From assembly GCA_035291665.1 (NCBI GenBank), contig DATDRP010000003.1:20549-84548 (forward strand): 64,000 nucleotides of DNA. The letters are read 5' to 3'. Origin of the DNA: Patescibacteria group bacterium (GTDB lineage: Bacteria > Patescibacteriota > Microgenomatia > UBA8517). The position numbers and the translations under genes were made by a program. Of this stretch, positions 53,632 through 63,064 are shown in pieces. The notes beneath the pieces were generated by a model that was not told where the DNA came from, searched no databases, and saw nothing but the letters and a program-made list of their open reading frames with translations. Each line of letters begins with the position of its first letter. Position 1 is the first letter of the stretch.

Positions 53632-56478
53632 CTAATTAGTAGACATACTCGTGTAGCTCTTTGAGACCCATCCCAATAGGTCTTTATCATATTCTATTTG
53701 GTACCAGTCATCTTTCTCGGAGATTACGCTATACGAATCACCGGGATTTACTTTCGCCACCTCAACACCATCCGGTTGACTTCTGACTCGAAGCCAGCCT
53801 GTCGGCGTTTCAGTTATCTTAATTTCAATAGGTTCTGCGTCAGCTACTTTTTCTTCTGATTCTTCTGAAGCGTTGGATGTGACAATATACTTATTTTCTA
53901 TCCAACCGGATTTTTCAGAACCGTCCGCTAATGCTATTTCAACCCAATCTCCGTCCTCGCTGACTTTCACAACCTGTTCATCGTTTTTTACATCAAATAA
54001 TATCTCGCCATCTGTATCCGGAAGGTTCCGCACCTGAATATCAGCCTCGGAATCAGACTTCAATCTTACAAATTCAACTCCCCCGACCGATTCTTCCTGG
54101 TTGGCTGTCTGTGCAACTTCTTCCTTGGTTTTGGTAACTTCCTGATCGCTCACTGCCGGCGTGTTGGACGCTGCCGGTACGTAACGAAGAATCAATGCCG
54201 TTGTGAATGATGAAGTAACCGCAACTATCATCAAAGGCAGTGCCGTTCGCAATAAACCCTTAAATCCACCCCTTTTCTTTTCAGGCTGGGTTGCTTTTTT
54301 CTTATTTTCAGGCTCTACCTCCTGAACATGATCCTGAGAAAGCTTTTTCTTTTTTCTGCCGGAAATCATTCTCATGTAAAGCGCCAGGAAGACAAAACCT
54401 GTCGCCATGATGATGATGAGTCCCCAAACTGCAATAGCCTGAGCACCTCCGACAAATCCAAATAGCGTACCGGTCGAACCAGCTTGCGTCACCAGCTCTT
54501 TTAGTTTATCCATCTTCTCAGTTACAGCTTGAAGCTCAATCACAGCTTCACGATAATTTCTGATCTTCTGTTCAGGTGTTTGAGCTGTAGCCTGAAGGTT
54601 ATTGATTTTATCCAAGGATACATTAATGTCGCTTGTCAGAGTTACACCCTGGGCAAAAAAAGCCGTTCCTTCCAGTGGTTTGGAAAGCTCTTCCGCTTGT
54701 TTACGAAGACTGTCGATTTCATTGTCAGATATCACCCAAATGTCTTCCACTCTGACGGCAAAGACTTTGGTTTCGGCTGGTTCAAGTTCGAACTCACCTT
54801 CAATATAGTATTGATCTTTCTCTGTATCGTACTGGACTTTTAATCCTTCATCCACCTCTATGATATCTTCTTCTCTGACTTCAGGAGGAAGATAATATTT
54901 TATTGGTACGCTTTGAGAAACAAGAGTTGAGGGATTCGTGATCATTGATTTAAAAACCATGCTCCCTTCTTCAAGCCAAAAGTTGGAAAATGACGTTCTT
55001 CCACCCTTGGCCAAAAGCATTTTGTTTGATGAGATGAGTGCTTTAAGAGTAAGTAGCGAATTTTTAATCTTGGCAACAGCAGTACTTCCGAAAGACTTCG
55101 ACTCTGTTACAGCGCTGGCTTTTGGAATTCTATTTATAGCAAGTATGCTTTTTTTGAGATCCTCTACATTCTCGGGTTTAACCTGGTTTTTAGAATCGCC
55201 TATCGATGATAAATATTGGTCCACCTGGTTATTTTTTGTATCTAATACCAAAACTGTTTCTTCGACGTCTTTGATTTTTCCGAAAACTGTCGGCTTACTT
55301 GAGCTGTCGCTTGAATCTCCGATCATTTTTTCCAATATCGAAAGATAGTTTGTGAGACCGGCAAGCTCGCGTTTTGTATTTGGTGTTTTTCCGCTTGTTG
55401 ATAATGAATTCTTCGCATAAGCCACAACTTTTTTAATCGCTTTCACCTGGTCATTTACATCGGGTAGAACATCCCAGTTCCAGGAATCGGAAAGCCAATT
55501 CACCTGACCAAAAAACGAATTGACCGATCCGGAATCGCTTTCATCCCCAATCACCGAATCCAGCTCGGTTAAATTGTTCATAAGCTCCTCCTCGCTTAAC
55601 GTATTCCATTTTGAGCTTATGTTGGACGATTTACTCTGAATATATTGATTGTTAATATAAACCTGAGTCGCAATACTCTTTGATTGCGTCAGTTTTTCAG
55701 TTAGATCCTGGTTATCCTCTTCGATAAAACTTTCAATAATTGGTTTATTGACCAGCTTTTCCAAGAGGAGTCTGTTTTCTTTAATCGTTTTTTTAACATC
55801 ATTTAAATCTGCTGACACATTGGTGATATTCGTTGCGTTATCGATATCGGTCTTTGTTGCAAGATTTCCGCTTGTCAGGGTTGTACCGGTAAGTGTTCTT
55901 GTGGATGAATCCCAGATGTTGGTAACCAGAGATCCGAAACCCGTCAGAGTCCTGCCTGAATAATTCCAAATGTCATACGCTAGGTTTCCAAAACCCGAAA
56001 GTGTTTTGTTGGAATAATTCCAAACTGCTGAAGCGATTGAACTGGTTGTCAGACTGCTTGCTGTATCGCTGACTTCAAAGCTCTTATCTATACATAAATT
56101 CTCTGTTCCATTGGTACAACAAACCCGTGATCTATAAAATCCCGTTGCAGTTGGTGCTGTAAAATCTTTATGGTACCAACCATCAGTCTCCATAGTCATC
56201 AAAGCTCCGTTATGAATAAGGTTGTTGCTTTGATCGCGTGTGGTGATTGTGCAGGTGTAACCGGCAACAATTGGTGTATAGGAGTCATCAAACAGAAATT
56301 CACCGACAGTGCAATCAGTATCAGGAGTACAAACATTTGAGCTGCCCGACGCAGCCTTAACAAGATCAGCTCTCATCAAGGCTGCGCTAAATAACAAAGC
56401 TAAAATAGCTTTAAAGCCAAAACCTTTAGCGGTTCTTGTATAGCTTTGAGATTTAATTGTTAATTTTTGGGCAGTCAT
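53632..56478 (-). CDS. Large (948 aa) envelope protein: signal peptide, extracytoplasmic N-domain, coiled-coil, two TM helices, tandem C-terminal SH3b domains
   Basis: N-terminal signal (ILALLFSAALMRADLVKAAS). TM 'LFGFVGGAQAIAVWGLIIIMATGFVFLALY', then a K-rich loop, then TM 'LLRTALPLMIVAVTSSF'. C-terminal 'GWIENKYI' and 'GWLRVRSQPDGVEVAKVNPGDSYSVISEKDDWYQIEY...GWVSKSY' are SH3_3-like. Confidence 0.5.
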   Translation of the reverse strand: MTAQKLTIKSQSYTRTAKGFGFKAILALLFSAALMRADLVKAASGSSNVCTPDTDCTVGEFLFDDSYTPIVAGYTCTITTRDQSNNLIHNGALMTMETDGWYHKDFTAPTATGFYRSRVCCTNGTENLCIDKSFEVSDTASSLTTSSIASAVWNYSNKTLSGFGNLAYDIWNYSGRTLTGFGSLVTNIWDSSTRTLTGTTLTSGNLATKTDIDNATNITNVSADLNDVKKTIKENRLLLEKLVNKPIIESFIEEDNQDLTEKLTQSKSIATQVYINNQYIQSKSSNISSKWNTLSEEELMNNLTELDSVIGDESDSGSVNSFFGQVNWLSDSWNWDVLPDVNDQVKAIKKVVAYAKNSLSTSGKTPNTKRELAGLTNYLSILEKMIGDSSDSSSKPTVFGKIKDVEETVLVLDTKNNQVDQYLSSIGDSKNQVKPENVEDLKKSILAINRIPKASAVTESKSFGSTAVAKIKNSLLTLKALISSNKMLLAKGGRTSFSNFWLEEGSMVFKSMITNPSTLVSQSVPIKYYLPPEVREEDIIEVDEGLKVQYDTEKDQYYIEGEFELEPAETKVFAVRVEDIWVISDNEIDSLRKQAEELSKPLEGTAFFAQGVTLTSDINVSLDKINNLQATAQTPEQKIRNYREAVIELQAVTEKMDKLKELVTQAGSTGTLFGFVGGAQAIAVWGLIIIMATGFVFLALYMRMISGRKKKKLSQDHVQEVEPENKKKATQPEKKRGGFKGLLRTALPLMIVAVTSSFTTALILRYVPAASNTPAVSDQEVTKTKEEVAQTANQEESVGGVEFVRLKSDSEADIQVRNLPDTDGEILFDVKNDEQVVKVSEDGDWVEIALADGSEKSGWIENKYIVTSNASEESEEKVADAEPIEIKITETPTGWLRVRSQPDGVEVAKVNPGDSYSVISEKDDWYQIEYDKDLLGWVSKSYTSMSTN

Positions 56479-56510
56479 TTAATTTTTATTATGTTTTGCT
56501 TTTTATCCGG

Positions 56511-56651
56511 CTACTCGCGGGTAGCCTTTCTGACTTCCCGGATAGATTCGCCGATACCTTTTGCAAGTTCCGGCAGCTTTCTTCCGCCGAATAAAAACAA
56601 CATTATTACACCGATAACTAATAATTCGGTGCTTCCGAAGTTTTGTAACAT
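56511..56651 (-). CDS. tatA: TatA family protein (46 aa; <60 aa, not in ORF track)
   Basis: Minus-strand ATG at 56651. Translation is MLQNFGSTELLVIGVIMLFLFGGRKLPELAKGIGESIREVRKATRE, with stop (CTA on +) at 56511-56513. The listed +-strand ORF 56467..56733 is its antisense artefact. Confidence 0.65.
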   Translation of the reverse strand: MLQNFGSTELLVIGVIMLFLFGGRKLPELAKGIGESIREVRKATRE

Positions 56652-56876
56652 AATTTTATTTCACCCCCTTCCAATCACTAAAAAGCGCATGCATAAAACG
56701 ATTGGTGCGTTTTTTAATGTATATCCAGTATGACTACTATAATAAAATCTTGTCAAGTACTAAATTCTATGCACAATAATCTTATCTTATTCTTATCATT
56801 TATTGAGTTGATAGCCTTGATTTAATAAATATGCATAGATTTGACAGTATGATAAGTAAATGATAATATTTTTTAT

Positions 56877-57833
56877 ATGTTAAGGCTTGATTACCATTTA
56901 TCCCCCACACTCCAACATAACCTACAAAATATTGAAGCGGTGCGGGTAAAAATTCTGACAACCGCACTTTCTCCCAAGCATGAACTCAGATTTAAATGGG
57001 AAACAAAATTATTAAAGATATATTCATCACTATGCCTGTCCGGAAGCGACATATCGAAGAAACAAATAATCGGGATTTTATCTTCAGGTGAAAAGAAAAA
57101 GGCCAACCGGGAGGAATCCGAAATAATCCGCTACAGAAACTGCCTTGACCACATCAGGAATGATTGGATGGCTAGTGGTAAAAACATTGGTACTAATGAT
57201 GTAAAAAATCTTTATGATGTAGCCTTGGTGCCTGTAGGAAGCTTTAATCCATCTTTATTTAATACCAAAGAAAAAGATCTGAAAAAAATTCTTGATTACG
57301 TTCAATCATCAAAAGAGAATCCTATCATTCAAGCCGGAATTGTTCAAATTCAGATTCACACACTGCAGCCTTTCAAAGAAGGGAACGGAATCGTTTCAAG
57401 ATTACTGACTGATCTTATCCTTTATAAAAACGGCTATGACGTCCGTGAGCTTATTGCACCTGAAATCGAGATGTATAACAGGCAAAAATCGCACGACATC
57501 GCAATTGATCTTTGCATAAAGGAAGATTCAATGTCTAAATGGCTTGATTATTTTGTTTATATCACGCTTCTCCAGCTCAAAAATGTCGCAACTGATATAA
57601 CTGAATCAAAATTTCTCACAGATTCAAAAAATTCTAATTTCAATCTTAATTCCAGGCAGAAAAAGATCCTTTTATTCCTTGAGGCTCCGAATAGTAAACT
57701 TGCAAATAAAGATGTTCAGAAAATGTTTAGTGTTTCCCAAATTACGGCGTCAAGAGATCTTTCTCATCTTGCCGGTTTGGGTCTATTGATTGGATACGGT
57801 AAAGCCAGGTCAAAAGTCTATATGAAGTCATGA
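56877..57833 (+). CDS. Fic/Fido-family protein with degenerate active-site motif and C-terminal winged-helix
   Basis: 'IHTLQPFKEGNGIVSRLL' aligns to HPFx(D/E)GNGRxxR with His->Gln and first Arg->Ile. The C-terminal 'SRQKKILLFL...VQKMFSVSQITASRDLSHLAGLGLLIGYGKARSKVY' is the wHTH typical of Fic proteins. Confidence 0.55.
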   Translation: MLRLDYHLSPTLQHNLQNIEAVRVKILTTALSPKHELRFKWETKLLKIYSSLCLSGSDISKKQIIGILSSGEKKKANREESEIIRYRNCLDHIRNDWMASGKNIGTNDVKNLYDVALVPVGSFNPSLFNTKEKDLKKILDYVQSSKENPIIQAGIVQIQIHTLQPFKEGNGIVSRLLTDLILYKNGYDVRELIAPEIEMYNRQKSHDIAIDLCIKEDSMSKWLDYFVYITLLQLKNVATDITESKFLTDSKNSNFNLNSRQKKILLFLEAPNSKLANKDVQKMFSVSQITASRDLSHLAGLGLLIGYGKARSKVYMKS

Positions 57834-58479
57834 ACCGTATCGGTACTTCTGTTATAATTTACGTATCGGTACAAATAAGATTCTCCAACAAACAAAAATT
57901 TTAGTGGTTTTAAAGATATCCTATACTTTCGAATTTTATAAATATTTAATTTTGGTTCTTAAAAAATATAATGTTTTATTTTTCATAACGGTACAACTAC
58001 ATTTTTGTATTTTGTTGATAATTTTTTTATAATTTCTTATAAATTTTTTGGGTCTTAAATTGCTAAATTATTAAAATATTTCTAGGTATATTCTTATGTA
58101 CCTTCGGTACATTCATATTTTCCTGCTATTTTTCTAAAAAAACCCAAGTCAGTTATTGATATCCCCCATTGGTCTAACACTGTAGTTTTTTCTAAAGAAA
58201 AATTTCATCATTTTTAATACTTCTTTTTTTGTATTTTAAATTGTTATTCCAATATTTTTATACTGCTCCGGTGCAATTACCCCTCGGTATTTTTCCTCCG
58301 TTATTTCGTATGAAGTAAATTTTCTCTGAAACTAGAATTCTCTTTTCTTATCCCCGAACATACATACATGGTATTTCAGGAAGTTGGATAATTTTTTTTA
58401 GTTTATTATTGATTCCTAATCTTCGTAACAACTATTTATGTAACGGTTGATTATTAAAATATTTGAATTTTTTATATTG

Positions 58480-58598
58480 TAATGACATCCTCCCCGCCTT
58501 AAAAGGCGGGGTTTCCCTAAGGAGGATGACATACCGTGCCCGCCGGCAGGCAGGTCAGAGTTCAATTCATCCACGCCCTAAAGGGTTAGGTTTTCTTG
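58480..58598 (+). ncRNA. Candidate structured small RNA / RNA element, copy 2 (plus strand), ending in an intrinsic terminator
   Basis: Outer stem ATGACATCCTCC (58482-58493) ... GGAGGATGACAT (58521-58532) encloses the hairpin CCCCGCC-TTAAAA-GGCGGGG. Shared single-stranded 'TCAGAGTTCAATTCATCCAC'. 3' hairpin CCTAA-AGGG-TTAGG followed by TTTTCTTGAA. Reverse-complement homolog of 20612-20720. Confidence 0.5.
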
Positions 58599-58858
58599 AA
58601 CGCTGTTATAATTAGATTGTAAATATAATTCTTATAATATAATACAAAATTAATATTAATATTTTAAATTTATCGTTCTTGAAAGTAAATTAATTATAAT
58701 TCTTGAATAGAATTTATATAACTACATAAAAATATACATTTCACTAACTACTATTATATATAACACTATATGTATTAATAGATCTCATAATAGCACTAAA
58801 TACCACTTTATAATTTTTACAACATCTGATATATATAGAGTTATAAAGAGGAATTAAT

Positions 58859-59887
58859 ATGGATGATCAGCAATCAGCTGGACTTTTCAGTATCGGAGCA
58901 GCTTCCGAATATCTAGGAATATCTATTGATACACTAAGAAGATGGGAAAGAAAAGGCAGAATCGAACCCCTACGATCCCCAGGAGGGCATCGCTATTTCA
59001 AGAAGGAAGACTTGGATAATTTATTTGGAAGAAGATACACAAGAGAAGAACCGGCTAACCAATCAACTATGCCCGATAGTACACCTATTGAACAAACAAA
59101 TATTAAGGAAGATGTAACACAACCCTTAAGCAATTTAAACGATAATAATTCAAGTGTAACTGAGAATTTAACGTCTACCCAATCAGCAGATGCAACCGTT
59201 CAAGATACTATATCTAAAGAAGATTATCCGCAACAAACTGCAAATCCTCAATTAAAGACTGAAGTTCCGGAAAATAATCCTCTACAAGAACCAATTTCAC
59301 CTACTCCAGTTGCTATACCCGTTCCAAACCAGAATGAAATGTTAAAAACCATTCCTTATTCGGATCCGGGCGTACCTGCTGCTACCGAAAATATACAAAG
59401 TTCCTCAACTGCACCCGAAGTGCAAGTTGCCTCTCCCCAACCGATAATAGAACTGCCAAAGATCTCGCCGGATGAGTATCCCGATACGAAAGTTTCAAAG
59501 CCGGATCAAATAACTAATGAACCGGTTGCTAAACCTACGGAACCTATTCAAAGCTATGAGAACGATAATACAACACAAAATGCACATTTAGTTGAAGCGC
59601 CTTCTCAGGTTGAAAATGCTAACACACAAGAAACGCTTATACCTGTTACCCCGGTTCCTGAATCTTCATCACAAGTGCCTTTGAATGAAGCTCCAAAACA
59701 ACCTGTATATGAAACAACAAAAGATATTGATAAAAAAATTGAAGAAGTTTTACAAAGCAGTAAACCGAAGAAGAAAATTACAACAGAAACCAAGTTACTA
59801 ATAGCCATAGCAATCGCTATTGTTGTAAACATTATTCTTTTTACACTTTGGTTCAAATCTTACGCTTCAGTATCACCAGTAAACTAA
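58859..59887 (+). CDS. MerR-family HTH protein with long disordered P/T/Q-rich linker and C-terminal transmembrane anchor
   Basis: 'FSIGAASEYLGISIDTLRRWERKGRIEPLRSPGGHRYFKKEDL' is a MerR/excisionase-type HTH. About 230 aa of low-complexity sequence follow. C-terminal 'LLIAIAIAIVVNIILFTLWF' TM helix. Confidence 0.55.
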   Translation: MDDQQSAGLFSIGAASEYLGISIDTLRRWERKGRIEPLRSPGGHRYFKKEDLDNLFGRRYTREEPANQSTMPDSTPIEQTNIKEDVTQPLSNLNDNNSSVTENLTSTQSADATVQDTISKEDYPQQTANPQLKTEVPENNPLQEPISPTPVAIPVPNQNEMLKTIPYSDPGVPAATENIQSSSTAPEVQVASPQPIIELPKISPDEYPDTKVSKPDQITNEPVAKPTEPIQSYENDNTTQNAHLVEAPSQVENANTQETLIPVTPVPESSSQVPLNEAPKQPVYETTKDIDKKIEEVLQSSKPKKKITTETKLLIAIAIAIVVNIILFTLWFKSYASVSPVN

Positions 59888-59889
59888 CG

Positions 59890-60065
59890 AAAGGGATATT
59901 ACGTGCTTCGATATTAAGATATTAGGACTATTTCAATTTTTAATTTCCCTCTTTCCACCACTCACATCTCACTTCCCATTACTCATTTCCAATTTCTTTT
60001 CTCTTTTCTCTTTATTCTAAATTACTTAATTCTTAAATTCCTGTATTCCTAAATTCTTATTTCTA
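59890..60065. repeat. Composite repeat island G (reverse orientation: 33-nt motif complement, then CT-rich complement of modules X/Y)
   Basis: 'gatattacgtgcttcgatattaagatattagg' (59895-59926) is the reverse complement of the 33-nt motif. '...ctctttattctaaattacttaattcttaaattcctgtattcctaaattcttatttc' is the reverse complement of module Y. Confidence 0.7.
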
Positions 60066-60070
60066 ATGTG

Positions 60071-60141
60071 TGGACCGGCCGAGAATCGAACTCGGGACTC
60101 GTCGTTGCGAACGACGCGGTATTCCACTTACCTATCGGCCC
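60071..60141 (-). tRNA. tRNA-Ala (anticodon CGC)
   Basis: Reverse complement folds as acceptor GGGCCGA / CCGGTCC (G3:U70 alanine identity pair; A7:C66 mismatch). D-arm GGTA-AGTGGAA-TACC. Anticodon stem CGTCG/CGACG with loop TTCGCAA (anticodon CGC). T-arm CCGAG-TTCGATT-CTCGG. Discriminator A. CCA not encoded. Confidence 0.85.
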
Positions 60142-60240
60142 TGTGATGGCACTATTATACCAATAAATGAATTTACAAAACACATTAGCCATAGTTCATA
60201 CTCTCTATCTAATATCGAATCACTTAATATCAATTTATTT

Positions 60241-61413
60241 TTACTGAAGTACGTTCAGTGGATTAATATGCACTCCGTTTTGAATTACCTCAAAATGCAA
60301 ATGCGTACCGGTTGACCTTCCGGTTGATCCCATCTTCCCTATCGTATTGCCTCGATTTACTGATTGACCCGGAACCACATAAATTTTTGCCATATGTGCA
60401 TAAAGCGTACGGTATCCATTACCGTGATCGAGAATTACTCTGTTCCCATAACCGAATGCATCCGGCCATCCGGCAACAATTACTTTTCCGGAATCGGCAG
60501 CCAATATATCAGGAGCCGCACGGTTAGCAATATCAAGACCGGGATGATACCAGACAAACCTCTGAGTGATTGTACCCCCTGCCGGCCAAACGAAGGCTCC
60601 TGATGCAACTACAGTACCTGCATCCGGCGTAGTCTGTTTCGTTCTTGTTGTCGGGGACCAAAGAACTTGAGACGGCTTCACTCCGTCAGGAACCATAATT
60701 TCCTGCCCAATAGCCAGAACAAATGTTTCATCGTTGGCAAATGTGTTAAACGGGTAGTTAACAATAACCTGAGGATCTACATCATAAGTTTTTGCGATTG
60801 AATAGACCGTATCGCCCTTTTTTACGGTATGCATTACACCTGTAATTGGAGGGATTTCAAGAACCTGATCTACTTTTATCGAATCTTTGCTTTGAAGATC
60901 GTTTTGCCATCGTATTGTATCTGTAGTTACCCCGAACTTCTCTGCTATTGAACTCACCGTATCTCCGGTTTGGACTTCATAATCAATCACCCCGCCCCGA
61001 ACATTTTCTGAAAAATTAGTAGAAATTTGCGTGCTCTGAGTAGAACTGGTAAGGACTGAAGTTGAGGAAGGAATTGTCCATGGATCAACATTTCGACCCG
61101 GAAATTCTTGGGAGACAATTGGGGCAATAAACATACCCAGCCCAGCCAGGCTTGTCATTCCAAAATGCACCAGCGGTTTTGCATACTTACCTCTTTGGCG
61201 ATACAAAGAAACAACGATAAATCCCTTTCCGGAGTTAAACTTTGACATTGAGAAATTGATTTTTTTAAGAAAATACTCTGTCAGTTCCTTAAAAAATTCT
61301 AATAATAAATCTTTTTCTTTGTGGAAATATTTCTTGAATTTCCGCCGCCCCAAATTGAAGTGGTTTTGAATTACAATCTTTGACGGCAACACCAGATAAT
61401 GGTTTCTCCTCAT
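60241..61413 (-). CDS. LysM-domain M23 family metallopeptidase (peptidoglycan endopeptidase-like)
   Basis: N-terminal TM. Two LysM motifs (YEVQTGDTVSSIAEKFGVTTDTIRWQNDL; HTVKKGDTVYSIAKTYDVDPQVIVNYP). C-terminal M23 'HPGLDIA...YGNRVILDHGNGYRTLYAHM...GSTGRSTGTHLHFEV' (HxxxD ... HxH). Confidence 0.75.
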   Translation of the reverse strand: MRRNHYLVLPSKIVIQNHFNLGRRKFKKYFHKEKDLLLEFFKELTEYFLKKINFSMSKFNSGKGFIVVSLYRQRGKYAKPLVHFGMTSLAGLGMFIAPIVSQEFPGRNVDPWTIPSSTSVLTSSTQSTQISTNFSENVRGGVIDYEVQTGDTVSSIAEKFGVTTDTIRWQNDLQSKDSIKVDQVLEIPPITGVMHTVKKGDTVYSIAKTYDVDPQVIVNYPFNTFANDETFVLAIGQEIMVPDGVKPSQVLWSPTTRTKQTTPDAGTVVASGAFVWPAGGTITQRFVWYHPGLDIANRAAPDILAADSGKVIVAGWPDAFGYGNRVILDHGNGYRTLYAHMAKIYVVPGQSVNRGNTIGKMGSTGRSTGTHLHFEVIQNGVHINPLNVLQ

Positions 61414-61526
61414 GACTTGGTTTGTATTAAAACATTATATTATACCAAAACTCTGCGAATTCGTGATCTATGAAGTAGTCAAACAATCCAAAAACTCTTT
61501 TTACCGAAGGTTTAAGGAGTTTATAT

Positions 61527-62876
61527 TCAAGAAGTTGTGAGTGAATCCAAAAACTCTTTGTTGTCCTTGGTTTTTTTGAGTCTTTCCAATAGAGCTTCCG
61601 TCCGTTCATCTTCCGAAACCATCTCAAGCATACGTCGGAGTGTATACACCTTTTGCAGAATATCTTTACCGTAAAGAAGCTCCTCCTGGCGGGTGCCCGA
61701 TCTTGTAACGTCAATTGATGGGAAAATTCTTCGGTCTGCCAATTTTCGATTAAGGTGCAGTTCCATATTTCCCGTACCTTTGAATTCTTCATAAATAAGG
61801 TCATCCATTCGCGAACCCGTATCAACCAAACAGGTTCCAATGATTGTCATTGATCCGCCGTTTTGAATCTTTCTTGCCGCTCCGAAAAATTTCTTTGCAG
61901 GATATAAAGCAACCGGATCGAACCCTCCTGTTAGAGTTCTTCCCGATGTGGGAAGTGCCAGATTGTATGCCCTGGCCATTCTTGTTATTGAATCCAAAAG
62001 AACTACAACATCCATCCCCATTTCAACCATCCTCTTTGCTTTCTCAAGCGCAAGTTCTCCGACTCTTGTTTGGGCATCGGGTGACTCGTCAAAGTTTGAT
62101 GATGCGACTTCACCCAATCCGTTGGTGACTGTATTCATATGCATCCTGATGTCCGTTACTTCTTCCGGACGCTCCCCGATCAAAACCGCCATCAAATGCG
62201 CTTTTACATCGGATTTTCCATCCTCGGCAAAGTTTTTCGCAATCCCTGTAATAACATCTTTCAAAAGCCACGTTTTACCGGCCTTTGGAGGAGATACAAT
62301 AAGTCCTCTTTGTCCAAAGCCGATTGGCGCAACGAGATCAATTACTCGCGTTGTCAAAGGTTCTGCTCCGGTCGATAGAGTGATATGTTTGTCGGGGTAG
62401 ACTGCAGTCATGCTGTCATAATCAGGTCTCTCCAATAATTTTTCAGTGTCGGAACCGTTTACCTTCTCAACTTTCAAAAGCCCCCAATATCTTTCGTTTT
62501 CTTTCGGTGAACGCGCTTGTCCGCCAACCAAATCACCTACTCGCAGATTGAATCTTCTTATCTGTGAGGCTGAAATATAAACATCTTTATTGGAAGGGGT
62601 GAAATCAGGTCGGAGAAGTCCTGACCCTTCATTGGCAATATCCAGTACACCCTCGACATATTCTGTAGGAAGATTAGCGTCAGGCATATAACGGTCATAA
62701 CCGTTTTGACGATAGGGTTCATCCTGAACCGGATTAACATCATTGACAGGTGCTTCCGCTTTTATTGGTTCCGGCTTCTCACCTACAAGATTTTTAACTT
62801 CGTCAACGGGTTTTACATCATTTCCGGGATCCAAAATTTCGTCTTTATCAGTCTTAGTGGACTTCTTTGTAGCCAT
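61527..62876 (-). CDS. rho: Transcription termination factor Rho
   Basis: N-terminal RNA-binding OB region '[14 protein letters not shown]...[44 protein letters not shown]'. Walker A 'SPPKAGKT'. '[13 protein letters not shown]' and the C-terminal '[39 protein letters not shown]' are highly conserved Rho blocks. Confidence 0.9.
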   Translation of the reverse strand: MATKKSTKTDKDEILDPGNDVKPVDEVKNLVGEKPEPIKAEAPVNDVNPVQDEPYRQNGYDRYMPDANLPTEYVEGVLDIANEGSGLLRPDFTPSNKDVYISASQIRRFNLRVGDLVGGQARSPKENERYWGLLKVEKVNGSDTEKLLERPDYDSMTAVYPDKHITLSTGAEPLTTRVIDLVAPIGFGQRGLIVSPPKAGKTWLLKDVITGIAKNFAEDGKSDVKAHLMAVLIGERPEEVTDIRMHMNTVTNGLGEVASSNFDESPDAQTRVGELALEKAKRMVEMGMDVVVLLDSITRMARAYNLALPTSGRTLTGGFDPVALYPAKKFFGAARKIQNGGSMTIIGTCLVDTGSRMDDLIYEEFKGTGNMELHLNRKLADRRIFPSIDVTRSGTRQEELLYGKDILQKVYTLRRMLEMVSEDERTEALLERLKKTKDNKEFLDSLTTS

Positions 62877-63064
62877 TAAATTAATTCGTACAACATAATA
62901 ATAAAAATAATATGTCGAAAAATTCTTAGGAAGTAGATCTCATTTTAGTGAGGCCATCTCTAACTAGTTACGATTGTATATACAAGCCTCGGCATTGTCA
63001 AGGCTCACTAAATTTTAGTTGTTTTTGTGCAACTTATTACTTGTTTCTTGTTTCCCAATTAGAC

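Noticed and set aside
58521-58612. Small peptide ORF (MTYRARRQAGQSSIHPRPKGLGFLERCYN) starting at the ATG inside the structured element.
   Set aside because: GGAGG directly abuts the ATG (no spacer). The equivalent ORF in copy 1 has a different length (17 codons), and the C-terminal sequence is not conserved. The conserved features are RNA helices.
61427-61840. 137-aa ORF on the minus strand overlapping the 3' end of rho.
   Set aside because: It shares ~310 nt with the highly conserved rho reading frame in another frame, and its W/R/C-rich composition is atypical. Treated as spurious.
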